From an uncultured Methanomicrobiales archaeon (GTDB lineage Archaea; Halobacteriota; Methanomicrobia; Methanomicrobiales; Methanospirillaceae): a stretch of DNA of 64,000 nucleotides. The stretch is taken from the NCBI GenBank assembly GCA_963758915.1, contig CAVWXH010000016.1, positions 320,001 through 384,000 of the forward strand, in the 5' to 3' direction. Position 1 is the first letter of the stretch, and the number at the start of each line of letters is the position of its first letter. Below, piece by piece: positions 21,524-32,561 of this stretch. The notes under the pieces were generated by a model. It did no database searches. It saw only the letters and a program-made list of their open reading frames with translations, and had not been told where the DNA came from. Position numbers and translations under genes: made by a program.

Positions 21524-22778
21524 ATGAAGAAGATTGCTTCCATCATTGTTGTCTGCATCGCTCTTACAATGGTACTTTTCATAGCAGGATGTATACAGCC
21601 AACAACCCCCCCTACCCCTGTTACCCCCCAGGTAACGACCCCTGCGGCTGCAGGGACGACAGAAGTTGATGTAATGTATGCAGGAGGTGTCGGCCCGATG
21701 CCGGTCCTGCTCTCAACAAACCAGATAGACGGCTATATCGCCTGGCAACCCTACGTGTCTGTTGCCACTGAATCAGGTATCGGACAACTTGTTACCTATA
21801 CGAAGGATTTCCCACCGGTGCCTGAATGGAACAACCACCCATGCTGTGTGCTAACAGCGAGGAATGACCTGGTGGCCAGTAATCCCGACTTTGTCAACGC
21901 GATGGCAGCCCAGACAATCCTTGCTGACCAGTGGATAACCGATCATCCGGACAAGGCAGCAGTTGACCTGTCTGAATGGCTTATTGGTAATGATACTATC
22001 AAGTTCGGAGACCAGTCTGTCCCGGCACTAAACGTGATGAAGAGTGCGATCCCCTCGGTAAAATATACGACAGAACCCACTCCTCAATGGATAAACGGAA
22101 CGAAAAATTTTGTTAATGCCCAAATTAGTCTCGGGTATATTACCGGGAGCCTGAAGAACACCAGTGCCGCAAATATGGATGCCACCCTGTTTGACTTCGG
22201 TCCCCACAGGGCTGCAACGAAGATGATTGCGGATAAGAAGATCGTCACTCCGCCGAAGGTTGCCAAACAAACCGGCATCGGCTACCTCAAAGGTGATATG
22301 CACGGCGGGTCGCTGATCATCGCGGTTAAGGAATGGCAATACTTTAACGATACCTATGGCATTGCGATCAAACCAAGGGATCTGACCGCATCAAGGCCTG
22401 AAATCTGCGATCTTATCGTCAACGGAGTCCCTGTAGCCGAACTGAAACTGGTTTCAGCTGATGCCGGTCCGCAACTCATGCAGATGGAAGCAACAGATAT
22501 CATTGGAATGGGCTATGCCGGTGTCCCTCCGGCAATCGGGTCAATTGACAAAGGTTCACCGATAAAGATACTCATGCCGATTAACACGGAAGGCTCAGGG
22601 CTTGTCATAACGAAGGGATCACCTGCCATCAGACTGGGACAGTTTCATTAAATATGCAGGAGAGCGCTCAGCAAGCGGCAAACCATTGAAGATTGCAGCT
22701 CCTGCAAAAGGATCAATCCAGGATGTAATGCTGCAATACTCCCTGAAATACAGTGGTGTCACAATAAAATTTGTCTGA
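21524..22778 (+). CDS. NitT/TauT (SsuA/NrtA-like) ABC substrate-binding lipoprotein; frameshift near 22630
   Basis: Lipobox FIAGC, IDGYIAWQPY, HPCCV, GVPPAI, NTEGSGLV; continues in another frame as DWDSFIK...KIAAPAKGSIQDVML to TGA at 22778. Confidence 0.8.
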
Positions 22779-22966
22779 TACCATTCTTTTTTTCGAGGGA
22801 TCCCGCATCATGAAACACCTCTTTCGATTGTCATACCTGGCATCTGATTTTCCCTATGATACGTAGTGTAGCCATGGTTCGGCGTACAACATGATGGTAA
22901 CGATATCCGGTCTTTACTGGATCACCATGAAAGAAGGTTCATCTGGCTTCAGGGAGAAATAACACC

Positions 22967-23776
22967 ATGCAAATGCCCCCCGATAAACCACAATGGTGGC
23001 ATCGGATCCTTTCAAAATCCCTCCTTTTAAAAATTGCACTTCCTGTCATCATCATTATCAGCTGGGAAGTGCTCTCGGTACTCATCGATAACCCTTTCAT
23101 ACTCCCTTCGATCGAATCGGTCCTGCTCGTGCTTTCCAAACCTTTTACTGATATCCTTGGAAGCGGAAGTCTCATCGGTAATGCAATGATAAGCCTTGGG
23201 AGAGTTTTAATAGGGTTTTTAGTTGCTGCTGTGCTCGCAATCCCCCTTGGTATAGGAATGGCCCGGAATGAAAAAGTCCATGATTTTTTTGATTCCACGG
23301 TACAGGTATTCCGGCCAATCCCCCCGCTTGCCTGGGTCCCGCTTGCCCTTGCATGGTTCAGGATCGGCCTTGTTTCAATGGTCTTTATCATTGCAATCGG
23401 TGCATTTTTCCCCATCCTGCTTAACACACTCGACGGTGTAAAAAGCATAAAGAAGACCTGGGTAGAAGCCGCTCACACGCTCGGTGCGAAAGAACGCCAG
23501 GTCCTGGTCAACGTCGTCCTCCCCGGTGCAGCACCCACGATATGGACCGGCCTCCGGGTCGGGTTCGGTATCGCATGGATGTGTGTCGTTGCTGCCGAGA
23601 TGATGCCCGGTACCAATTCAGGAATCGGGTATCTCATCATTACTTCCTACAACTGGGGGCAGGTGCAGGTAATCATTGCGGGTATTATCGTTATCGGGGT
23701 TATCGGGCTTGGAATTGATTATCTTTTCAAGGTCGTTGAGAGAAAGAAATTTATGTGGAGGGAGCTGGACCGATGA
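22967..23776 (+). CDS. NitT/TauT ABC transporter permease
   Basis: RPIPPLAWVPLA, EAA..LGA loop, GLRVGFGIAWMCVVAAEM. Confidence 0.92.
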   Translation: MQMPPDKPQWWHRILSKSLLLKIALPVIIIISWEVLSVLIDNPFILPSIESVLLVLSKPFTDILGSGSLIGNAMISLGRVLIGFLVAAVLAIPLGIGMARNEKVHDFFDSTVQVFRPIPPLAWVPLALAWFRIGLVSMVFIIAIGAFFPILLNTLDGVKSIKKTWVEAAHTLGAKERQVLVNVVLPGAAPTIWTGLRVGFGIAWMCVVAAEMMPGTNSGIGYLIITSYNWGQVQVIIAGIIVIGVIGLGIDYLFKVVERKKFMWRELDR

Positions 23777-24528
23777 CACTCATTGTTGAAAATGTCAGCA
23801 AAGAATTTGAACAGCGTGATGTCCGATCAGATGCACTCGTATCCATCAATCTCGACGTACAGGAGAAAGAATTCACCTGCGTCCTTGGGCCGTCAGGGTG
23901 TGGTAAGACAACGCTGCTCCGTATCATTGCCGGTCTTGAGAAAGCAACTACCGGGAAAGTCATGATAGGCGGAGAAATGGTCACCGGCCCTTCATCGCGT
24001 ATGGCGATGATTTTCCAGGACTACTCGCTGTTTCCCTGGCGCACGGTCATTGACAATATCGCGTTTGGTCTCGAGATAAAGGGTGTCGGTGAAGATGAAC
24101 GTCATGATGTGGCATCCCATTATCTCGACCTTATCGGTCTGACCGGGTTTGGAGAGAACTATCCCTACGAACTTTCCGGTGGTATGCGCCAGCGCGTTGC
24201 CGTGGCACGGGCACTTGCAATTGACCCTGCGGTCCTGCTGATGGATGAGCCATTCGGTGCACTTGACGCCCAGACCAGGAACATGCTCCAGAAGCAATTA
24301 CTTGAAATCTGGGAGAAAACCAAAAAAACAGTCCTTTTCGTGACGCACAGCGTGGATGAAGCAGTATTTATGGCAGACCGGATAGTCGTGCTTACCAGCA
24401 GGCCTGGAACGGTAAAAGAAGTCGTAAAAATTGATCTTCCACGACCTCGCGACCGGACGAGCCAGGACTTTGCCCAGGTCCGCCGTTATGTGCTTGGCCT
24501 GATCGATGAACAGCAGTCCACCCAGTAA
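23773..24528 (+). CDS. NitT/TauT ABC transporter ATP-binding protein
   Basis: GPSGCGKTT, LSGGMRQR, LLMDEPFGALD, VTH. Confidence 0.93.
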   Translation: MTLIVENVSKEFEQRDVRSDALVSINLDVQEKEFTCVLGPSGCGKTTLLRIIAGLEKATTGKVMIGGEMVTGPSSRMAMIFQDYSLFPWRTVIDNIAFGLEIKGVGEDERHDVASHYLDLIGLTGFGENYPYELSGGMRQRVAVARALAIDPAVLLMDEPFGALDAQTRNMLQKQLLEIWEKTKKTVLFVTHSVDEAVFMADRIVVLTSRPGTVKEVVKIDLPRPRDRTSQDFAQVRRYVLGLIDEQQSTQ

Positions 24529-24588
24529 GATTTAATAGCAAATATCTCCTTTTTATAAAGAACGAATAGATCGAAGGAGTTCTGAGCC

Positions 24589-25116
24589 ATGGTAAGAAAA
24601 CCGGGAAAGATGTATAGGAATATTTCAAAGAAGGCATATACCCGCCGAAAATATATGGGCGGTGTGCCGGGAAGTAAAATCGTCCAGTTCGAAATGGGAA
24701 ATCTTTCATCTGAGTTTCCACTCGAGGCCCACCTTGTTGTAACCGAGAGCTGCCAGATCAGGCATACAGCACTTGAAGCAGCCCGTATTGCAATAAACAG
24801 GCGCCTGATGAAAGAAGTCGGAAGAATGAACTTCCACTTTAAAATCCGTGTATACCCACACCATGTGCTCCGCGAAAACAAGCAGGCAACCGGAGCAGGT
24901 GCGGACAGGGTATCAGAAGGGATGAGGCTTTCCTTTGGAAAACCTGTAGGGACTGCTGCGCGCGTAGAATCGAAGCAGAAAATCTTCACGGTGTATACGA
25001 CCCCCCAGTACACGGAAAAGGTGAAGGATGCACTCCGGCACGGAGGTCACAAGCTCCCGTCCCCTTCGTACATCATTATCGACCAGGAACTGGTCATCAG
25101 TGAACCCTCAGTATAA
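24589..25116 (+). CDS. rpl10e: 50S ribosomal protein L10e (uL16)
   Basis: [41 protein letters not shown]. Confidence 0.97.
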   Translation: MVRKPGKMYRNISKKAYTRRKYMGGVPGSKIVQFEMGNLSSEFPLEAHLVVTESCQIRHTALEAARIAINRRLMKEVGRMNFHFKIRVYPHHVLRENKQATGAGADRVSEGMRLSFGKPVGTAARVESKQKIFTVYTTPQYTEKVKDALRHGGHKLPSPSYIIIDQELVISEPSV

Positions 25117-25714
25117 TTAACACTTTTTTAACCGATTTTAGGGATTATTATTTACAACGGTGGCGTTTGTTTATTCAATAATCCCGGTGTTATAACTGAA
25201 TCATCTTTTCGGATTTCAAAACATCCCGGACTCAGTAGCTGAATATTATTGCAGCATGTGCCGGAAACAAACTGAACAATAACTAATCCCGGTAGTTTAC
25301 ACTTTTCTGTTCGTTGCGGAATTTTGAAAGCACAGGAACAATTCGAATGATGAAATTGTTCCGGCAAATGTTGAAACTAATCTGAATGGGAAGTTAACAC
25401 CCGGACAATGAAAACAGGTATGATGCCAAAAGGCCACACGCATACAAAATGAAATTACCAGTGGGGATTTTCATTGGAAACGCCCCGTTCAAATTTTTTT
25501 ATATCGGTGTCAGTTCAGGCATTTTCTACACTTAAAGTATTCAAATCCGGATGATCAAGCAACTGTGATTCTGAAAGAAGGTCTCTTTATTGGGGTAACG
25601 TAACAATTAGAACCATGAATGTTCCGGAATTCATAAACTAGTTATTTAAGGATAACAAATATGCCATATATAATTCTGGTATATGTGGAGACAGAAACAA
25701 AAAAGGGATTTTCT

Positions 25715-27463
25715 ATGATATCTGTTTTGCTCGTGGATGATGATCCTGCCCTGTTGGAAATTACCCGTATCTATCTTACGAAGAACAAGGAGATGGTGAT
25801 AGATACGGCACAGTCAGCGGGAGAAGCGCAGGAAAAATTGAAGAAAAAAACATATGATGTAATTGTTTCGGATTATGATATGCCCGTGATGACGGGTATT
25901 GAATTCTTAACATCACTCAGGTCATCAGGGGATCTCACACCCTTCATCATCTTCACCGGAAAGGGGCAGGAGCAGGTGGCGATGGAAGCGATCAATAATG
26001 GTGCCGATTTCTACCTTATACGTGCAGGAGACCCGAAAAATGAGTTTATTGCTCTTACCCACAAGATGCGGAAGGCAGTCGAGCAGCGGCAGGCAGATAT
26101 TGCGATCAGGGAATCAGAGGAACGACTACGGAAACTTCTCCATTCTCTCCCGTCCGGTGTCCTGGTAATCGATGCAGAGACTCATATCGTATTGCAGGCA
26201 AACCCGGCAGCCCTCCTCATGATGGGGGCAAAAGAACAGGATATTACGGGAAGTCCTGCTTCGGTCTTGTCTGTCCAACATGAAGAAGGCCAATGCCCTA
26301 TCACTGATCTCGGGCAGAAATTCGAAAGTATTGAACGACTGCTCTTACGAAATGATGGCACAGGTATACCAGTTATAAAGAGCGTTGCCCGGATCAAACT
26401 CGGAAAACGACCGGTTCTTGTAGAGAGTTTCATTGACCTCTCCGAACAGAAAAAGGTAGAGCGGGAACTCCACGAGAGCAAGGAGAAATACCGGACACTG
26501 GTTGAAGAGATCCATGACATGATCTGGCTGACCGATGCGAAAGGCCGGTTTAAGTATGTGAGTCCCCGGAGTTTTACCCTGCTTGGCTATCACCCGGAAG
26601 AAATGATTGGCCACATGCCCTCTGAATTTGTCTCGTTCGAGGATGCAAACCATATACGGGATATTTTTGCAAAAAATTTTAAGGAGCATAAAGAACTTCA
26701 CCTGATCGAGACCCACACCCGTAGGAAGGATGGCAGGATGGTGGTCCTTGAATCTAGTGCCATTCCCTATTATTCTAAAAACGGAACCCTTATCGGGTAC
26801 CGCTGTGTCAGCCGTGATATAACTGAAATCAAAAAAGGTGAGGAGGTACAGGCCCTGCTGGCTGCGATTGTGACTTCTTCTGACGATGCAGTAATCAGCG
26901 AGGACCTGAACCACATGATCACCACCTGGAACCTGGGAGCCGAACGTATATTTGGATATTCCAGGGATGAAATGACAGGCACGCTTTCTCACAAAATAGT
27001 CCCGGACGAGGAGATGGGGGCCCTTCACGATATTATCCACCAGGTCGTCAAGGGGGAACATGTTGAGCATTTTAACACATTCCGGATAAAAAAAGACATG
27101 GAACGTGTTGAAATCTCACTCTCACTCTCTCCAATCCTGGACCATCGTGGCAATATCGTCGGGATTGCCACGATTGCAAGGGACCTGACAAAACAACGTG
27201 AGACCGAGAAAGCCCTCCTTTCATATATCACCGAGACTGCCATGCGGTTAAAGAACCCTGTTGAATTGATCGGGGACCGCCTTGCAGATATCAGGGAGCA
27301 GATCCAGGCGGGTGATGTGACGCCTGAAGAACTCCTCCTCCAGCTCCAGATACAGATCAAGAATACGGAGCAGATTGTCTCAAACCTGCGTGAACTGAAC
27401 ATGGCAATCTCCACGGGTTTTACAACCATACCTGAAGCATACCAGAAATACCTGAAACGATAG
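25715..27463 (+). CDS. REC-PAS-PAS-PAS signalling protein ending in a His-less HisKA-like helical domain
   Basis: VLLVDDD...VSDYDMP receiver; three PAS/PAC units; C-terminal YITETAMRLKNPVELI...IPEAYQKYLKR; no HATPase_c N/G boxes. Confidence 0.85.
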   Translation: MISVLLVDDDPALLEITRIYLTKNKEMVIDTAQSAGEAQEKLKKKTYDVIVSDYDMPVMTGIEFLTSLRSSGDLTPFIIFTGKGQEQVAMEAINNGADFYLIRAGDPKNEFIALTHKMRKAVEQRQADIAIRESEERLRKLLHSLPSGVLVIDAETHIVLQANPAALLMMGAKEQDITGSPASVLSVQHEEGQCPITDLGQKFESIERLLLRNDGTGIPVIKSVARIKLGKRPVLVESFIDLSEQKKVERELHESKEKYRTLVEEIHDMIWLTDAKGRFKYVSPRSFTLLGYHPEEMIGHMPSEFVSFEDANHIRDIFAKNFKEHKELHLIETHTRRKDGRMVVLESSAIPYYSKNGTLIGYRCVSRDITEIKKGEEVQALLAAIVTSSDDAVISEDLNHMITTWNLGAERIFGYSRDEMTGTLSHKIVPDEEMGALHDIIHQVVKGEHVEHFNTFRIKKDMERVEISLSLSPILDHRGNIVGIATIARDLTKQRETEKALLSYITETAMRLKNPVELIGDRLADIREQIQAGDVTPEELLLQLQIQIKNTEQIVSNLRELNMAISTGFTTIPEAYQKYLKR

Positions 27464-27470
27464 TGCAATC

Positions 27471-28031
27471 ATGGGATTTTCTGCCGACACATTGAACGAG
27501 AACCGGATCGTACTGCTCCTTGCGGACTCACGCAGGCTGAAGCAGACGAATACCGCGGTTATCAGGGAGCTGACGAGCAACGGCTATAGCGTAATGCTGG
27601 TCTCTGTCACGCTCCCGAACATCGTTATCCGGCGGACATACGAAGCGGCAGGAATTGACATGTCGAAAGTGTTTGTTATCGACGCGGTGACGAAATACTC
27701 GGGTGGCCCGACAGTACAGGACGATCTTCACTGCCGATATATCTCTAACCCGGGAAATCTCACCGATATCGGGATTGTTATCACCGAGGGTCTCAAAACC
27801 CTGCCGGGTGATAAGAAGTGCCTCTTCCTTGATGATATTTCAACGATGCTCCTCTATTCCCCATCGGTCACCATATCAAAGTTTATCCATTTTATCACGA
27901 ACAAGCTCCGGTTATTCGATGTAGCCGGTGTGTTCCTCGCTGTCGAGAAAGGACTTGACCCGGCCCTGCTCACTCAGATCTCGACATTTTCGGACCTGGT
28001 GGAGTCAGTGGAAGAGGGAGAGGGGACGTGA
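27471..28031 (+). CDS. Inactive RecA/KaiC-like ATPase-fold protein (iKaiC/DUF835-like)
   Basis: FVIDAVT, NPGNLTDIGI, CLFLDDISTMLLY, KFIH...KLR; no Walker A GKT; paralog of 42639-43208. Confidence 0.7.
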   Translation: MGFSADTLNENRIVLLLADSRRLKQTNTAVIRELTSNGYSVMLVSVTLPNIVIRRTYEAAGIDMSKVFVIDAVTKYSGGPTVQDDLHCRYISNPGNLTDIGIVITEGLKTLPGDKKCLFLDDISTMLLYSPSVTISKFIHFITNKLRLFDVAGVFLAVEKGLDPALLTQISTFSDLVESVEEGEGT

Positions 28032-28186
28032 AATTTTTTCAGGAATGCTGGAAGTCCTGCAGAAAACCTGGAAAATACTTCGGGTAAGCCTATTGCTAGT
28101 TCATGGTAAATGTAATCCACAGATACTTTCATCAATTTTCCAGAGTCGTTCTCATTGGACTCGGCCACTAATAAAAAAATCTCATT

Positions 28187-29405
28187 TCAGTTCAATTGAG
28201 CATACAAACTATGATCTGCGATTACATTGATGAAGGTAAAAGTATACGGGGAATCGGGTGATGTTACAACAATGACCCCATCAACCATGATATAATCAAT
28301 TCCTTTGTTTTTAGTCGCTGTGATAGTGAATGATTGATTTGTTCCATACGGGACACTCAAAGGTCCCAATGGGGATATATTTCCCTGTCCCGGTGGATGC
28401 CATGACACAGTAATTGTGTGGGGCAGGCTTGCTTCAAAAGTCGCAGTAATCGTGTGATTTGCTACCACATTCAGGAATGTATAACCCGTAACCGCTCCAA
28501 CTGAACTCCCATCCACTGTCACATCGCTTATATGATACCCGGAATTAGGATTAATAATAAATGCCTGGTTGGCCCCCTGATTAACAGTTATCTACACCAG
28601 AGGGAGAAATTGACCCTCCTGTAGATGCAGTAGCAATAATATTATAGGTGTTTACTGCAAATGTCGCAATAATTGTATGATTAGAAACCACGTTTGTGAA
28701 AGTGTAACTTGGGACAGCCCCAAGTGATCCGCCATCAACTTGTACATCAACAATATGATATCCAGAGTTTGCTACAATAGTAAATATCTGACTTCCTCCA
28801 TTGGGAACACTCACTAATCCCGATGGAGAAATTATTCCTCCTGAAGTCGCTGATGCTTGAATAATATGAGGTGAAATTGGCGTAGTAGGTATTGTTGTTG
28901 TCACATTTGTAGTTGGAATAGTAGTCGTAACGGTAGTTGTTACCGTAGTGGTGGGGGTTGTCGTTGGTATTGTTGGGAAAACTGTATGCGTTGGCACAAC
29001 GTATGGCAGGTTAGAACTGAAATCTGCCAGCACCCGCTCCCCGGCAGAGCCGTTATAAACAATCTTCACATCCGGGAGCGGTGTTGCAGGGTCATAGGAA
29101 TAAAATGTGAGAGTCTCGTCAATTGACCAATCCTGGGATGAGGCATTGGAACTTACATAATCGGTTGGGTTACCATTTACAAGAATTATAAAACTTGAGC
29201 GGGGCATTGATTCGCCCCCGTCATGATGGAGGGTAAGGCTGGTGCTTGTATTTGCAAGACTTGCCCTGAATTCAGGAATTTTTTCAGGAACGGAATGATT
29301 CAGGAGATAGACGCCTGCTATCGCAACACCGAGGCCGATAATTGCGATCAGCATTAGCGAGCCGATTATTTCGGCCACTCCGGATTCCTCTAAATTATGA
29401 GTCAT
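28187..29405 (-). CDS. Type IV pilin-like adhesin with Thr-rich linker and C-terminal beta-sandwich (InlB B-repeat-like) repeats; frameshift near 28585
   Basis: Class III signal ESG|VAEIIGSLMLIAII; HDGGES pilin motif; repeats GG.ISPSG.VSV..G..Q.FTI....GY.I.DV.VDG...GAV..YTF.NV..NHTI.ATF continuing into ORF 28187-28522. Confidence 0.75.
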
Positions 29406-29437
29406 TTGTAGTTTTCTCTTAATGTTGAATTAATTCA

Positions 29438-30528
29438 TCACGGCAAGTTCGTCACGGTGATCTGTTGTGCATAGCCAACAAAATTTACGCCCAACTTTCC
29501 ATTGCTATTTTCCTCCACAACGAATAATCCCACACCAACAGGTCTTATACCTGAAATATAAATATTTTGAGCATTATTTACGTCATTAATATGTGTTGTC
29601 CCGTTAATCACAAGAAGTGTGTAGTAGCTAGGATTTTTATTGCCTTCGGAATTAATGTTTAATGTTGAACCAAGATCCTCGTAACCCGTAATCCATGCGT
29701 TTTGGAGAGCAACTGGATTATTTGGGATAGGATTATTGTTTATTAAAATATCGACTGAGTCCCCCCCTATAAAATAGAATTTGTCTCCAAGTCCAAATGC
29801 TTTGAAATTTTGTGAGTTTGGTGAATTAAGAGTTATTTTTACTATATCTCCTTTGTATAAAGGAGTAAGATCCGGATTCCCTCCTCCCCCTTGTGTTGTG
29901 CTCAATGTAGAACTCGTATTGGTCACTTTGAAATATAGGTAACCCCCGTTTACTATTTGGGTACCTCCATCAGTCCTTAAAAACGCACTCGAATTACTCA
30001 TCACAATCTGTGTATATGCATCCCCAATTTCAGTCTGACTGCAATTGCTGAAATATTACATGCAGGACAGATCGGAATTGGCGGAACGTAAACGTCAGGT
30101 ACGAAATTTTGAACTGGTTGTATCCGTTCCTGGTCAAGGAGGACCTCTCCCGATCCTGTGACATAAAATATCTGTACATTTGGGTTACTTGAAGAAGTAC
30201 TAAATTCAATAGTTTTTCCCACGTCCCAGACGTTAGTACCAACTGGGGCTATGTCTTTATAGAGGGTATTATCAATTTTTACGTAAAATTCTCCCTTGTA
30301 AAGGGATTCGCCCCCATCATGGTAAATAGTAACTTTACTGCCATTAACTTGCGAAAGAAAACGTACATTTGGAATTTTCTGTGGAAGTGGTTGGCTGAAA
30401 AGGCCAGCTGCAATGATCGCGACTGCAAGCACCACAACAGAAATAAGGAGAATACCCCCGATTACTTCAGAAACAGCGGATGAATTGTCCCTAATTTTTT
30501 TTTCCGGATCTATGTTTCTGATCGTCAT
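29438..30528 (-). CDS. Type IV pilin-like protein (Pilin_N/DUF1628) with C-terminal extension; frameshift near 30020
   Basis: SSA|VSEVIGGILLISVVVLAV, YHDGGESL; ORFs 30001-30552 and 29438-30004 abut. Confidence 0.7.
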
Positions 30529-30538
30529 TGGACCCCCG

Positions 30539-31441
30539 TCAGACCGATGCAATTGTGTTCAGGCTTGTGTAAAAATCGGCACGATTCATCTCTAAATTCA
30601 AACTAGGCCCATATAAGGTGATATTTGCCATATTCTGGTTTACTATTAGGTTATTATAGTTTTTGATATTTTCCCTTTTAACGATGTCGCCAAATAGGTT
30701 TCTCCACATAATTGCTGTCTGGGAATCTTTTACTTTGACAGAAATTGTAATTTGCGAGTTGGGATTATTAGGGATATAAGGCAGTTGTTCCTGCAGACGG
30801 AAATTCAATCGTGCCTTTCCTTCTCCTGAGATAGTACCTCCCCCATTTAACTGGACCGGCACTATCACTATATTGGTAATGTTGGTGTTACTCCCATCGT
30901 TTTTACTGACATTATATATTGAGATAAGCGGGGAAACAACGTTTGTGACCCCGGTAATCCCGTTAATATCCTGCGAGAGGAAGATACCCCCCATCTGGTA
31001 GTAATACTGCTGCTGAATCCAGTAATTATTATTGGACTGGTAAACAAGTGAGCTCATCGGGATTGTAAATGTCTGGTTATTACTGGTCGTCACAGTAATC
31101 GTATCCAGGGTGTTATTAATCGCGAGCGACCCCGCTGAACCGATAGGCTGCATCATCGGTAAAAACAGGCCACTTGTCTGGGTATTTCCTCCCTTGCTCC
31201 CTAGAGTGAGTGTTGTAGAGTCGGTCACTCCTATCTCATTGTTCATCCAGAGAGAATCGACTGCAATTTTATAATCTAAGAACCAGTCACCAACATAATC
31301 CATATGCGAAATTTCGAGCTCTCTCCCCTCTGCAGGAAGAACATATGTCATCCAGAGAGAAATTGCCACAATAATCAGTGCCAGTATTAAAACAAAACCA
31401 ATTACTTCTGAAAGTCCGTTATCATTTACCTTATGAGTCAT
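30539..31441 (-). CDS. Minor pilin-like protein with class III signal peptide
   Basis: DNG|LSEVIGFVLILALIIVAISLW, P..GRE.EI.HM, NNYWIQQQYYYQMGGIFLSQ. Confidence 0.8.
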   Translation of the reverse strand: MTHKVNDNGLSEVIGFVLILALIIVAISLWMTYVLPAEGRELEISHMDYVGDWFLDYKIAVDSLWMNNEIGVTDSTTLTLGSKGGNTQTSGLFLPMMQPIGSAGSLAINNTLDTITVTTSNNQTFTIPMSSLVYQSNNNYWIQQQYYYQMGGIFLSQDINGITGVTNVVSPLISIYNVSKNDGSNTNITNIVIVPVQLNGGGTISGEGKARLNFRLQEQLPYIPNNPNSQITISVKVKDSQTAIMWRNLFGDIVKRENIKNYNNLIVNQNMANITLYGPSLNLEMNRADFYTSLNTIASV

Positions 31442-32119
31442 AATACGGGAAACCTATCTAATATTTTTTCTGGCTGTTTTAATCAATTCTCTCTTTTATT
31501 TCAATCTATATGCCCTTTTCGGCCTCTTGATCTCAAATCTTGCACCTACTACTGTATTAAAATTCGGATGGTATCAACGATTTGCTTGTAAAACAGATAC
31601 TAAAATGTATTATGTGATTTTCGCAAAGTATCGGAACTTGATCTAATAACCCCGGTGATTTTCATACCTAATTAGTTCACAAATAATGTCCCGTCCAGCG
31701 CAATGATAACTTCATATCAGGCACAATAATGCACCACACGAATATACCTCAATTCCTGTTCCTAGCCTAAAAACAGCACGACATAGCCAATCGGGGGATA
31801 ATTCAGTCCCTTAATATCCACAATAGGGGATCATATAAGGATAATCCGTAATTATGCCTATGGGACCATGTTGTGGGTGTGAATATTCCGATAAATCGGT
31901 TGAATTTCAGGTCGATTCACATAATGGTGGTGAATCGACCAATAATAATGAAAATCGATAATTCGCAGTTCTTTTGTCGCAAACCGGCTTCAAATTGACG
32001 TTATTTACCCTTATCCGGGTAGATGTGAGATGAAAAGCCAGGAAAAAGCGTGTAATTGATAAAATACCATTATTCTGTGCATGTATACCCAAAAAAATTG
32101 GTATTTGTCACAGGATATT

Positions 32120-32434
32120 TCAATCCTTCTCTTCCGGGGGAACATATTTCGGGTGGAAATAACGCCAGAGAAGGCCTGATAATGCAATAATAATCAGGAC
32201 AATGCCGATTATCAGCCATATTGGCACAATACCGACATTTTGTGATACATCAACAGGAGGCACAAAGGTCTGAACGATTGTAGGAACAGATGGAGGGGTG
32301 GAAGTCAGAATTACCCCTGTTGGCTGAATACCGGGTGTGTTACCAGTACCTGTCGTAATTGCTGTAACCGGCACTAAAAGGAGTGAAAATGCACACAGGA
32401 AGATAAGAATACTGGATAATGGGACCTTCATCAA
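32120..32434 (-). CDS. Small membrane-anchored protein (signal peptide, Thr/Pro linker, C-terminal TM)
   Basis: MKVPLSSILIFLCAFSLLLVPVTA; IVPIWLIIGIVLIIIALSGLLWRY. Confidence 0.65.
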   Translation of the reverse strand: MMKVPLSSILIFLCAFSLLLVPVTAITTGTGNTPGIQPTGVILTSTPPSVPTIVQTFVPPVDVSQNVGIVPIWLIIGIVLIIIALSGLLWRYFHPKYVPPEEKD

Positions 32435-32561
32435 CTTTCATTTGGAAGGACATTCGTATATTTCTATCTCTTCACTACGGTCGAAATTCATGTCCCTGGA
32501 AAGTTGATAGAACAGTAATAATTATACGGTTCGTAACTCTCATTCCATATACGGAATTGAT

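Noticed and set aside
25715-27463. Calling this a hybrid histidine kinase
   Set aside because: No H-box His and no HATPase_c domain before the stop codon.
28880-28975. Low-complexity GTT/GTA/GTG-rich tract
   Set aside because: Encodes the Thr/Pro-rich stalk of the pilin-like protein; not an independent repeat element.
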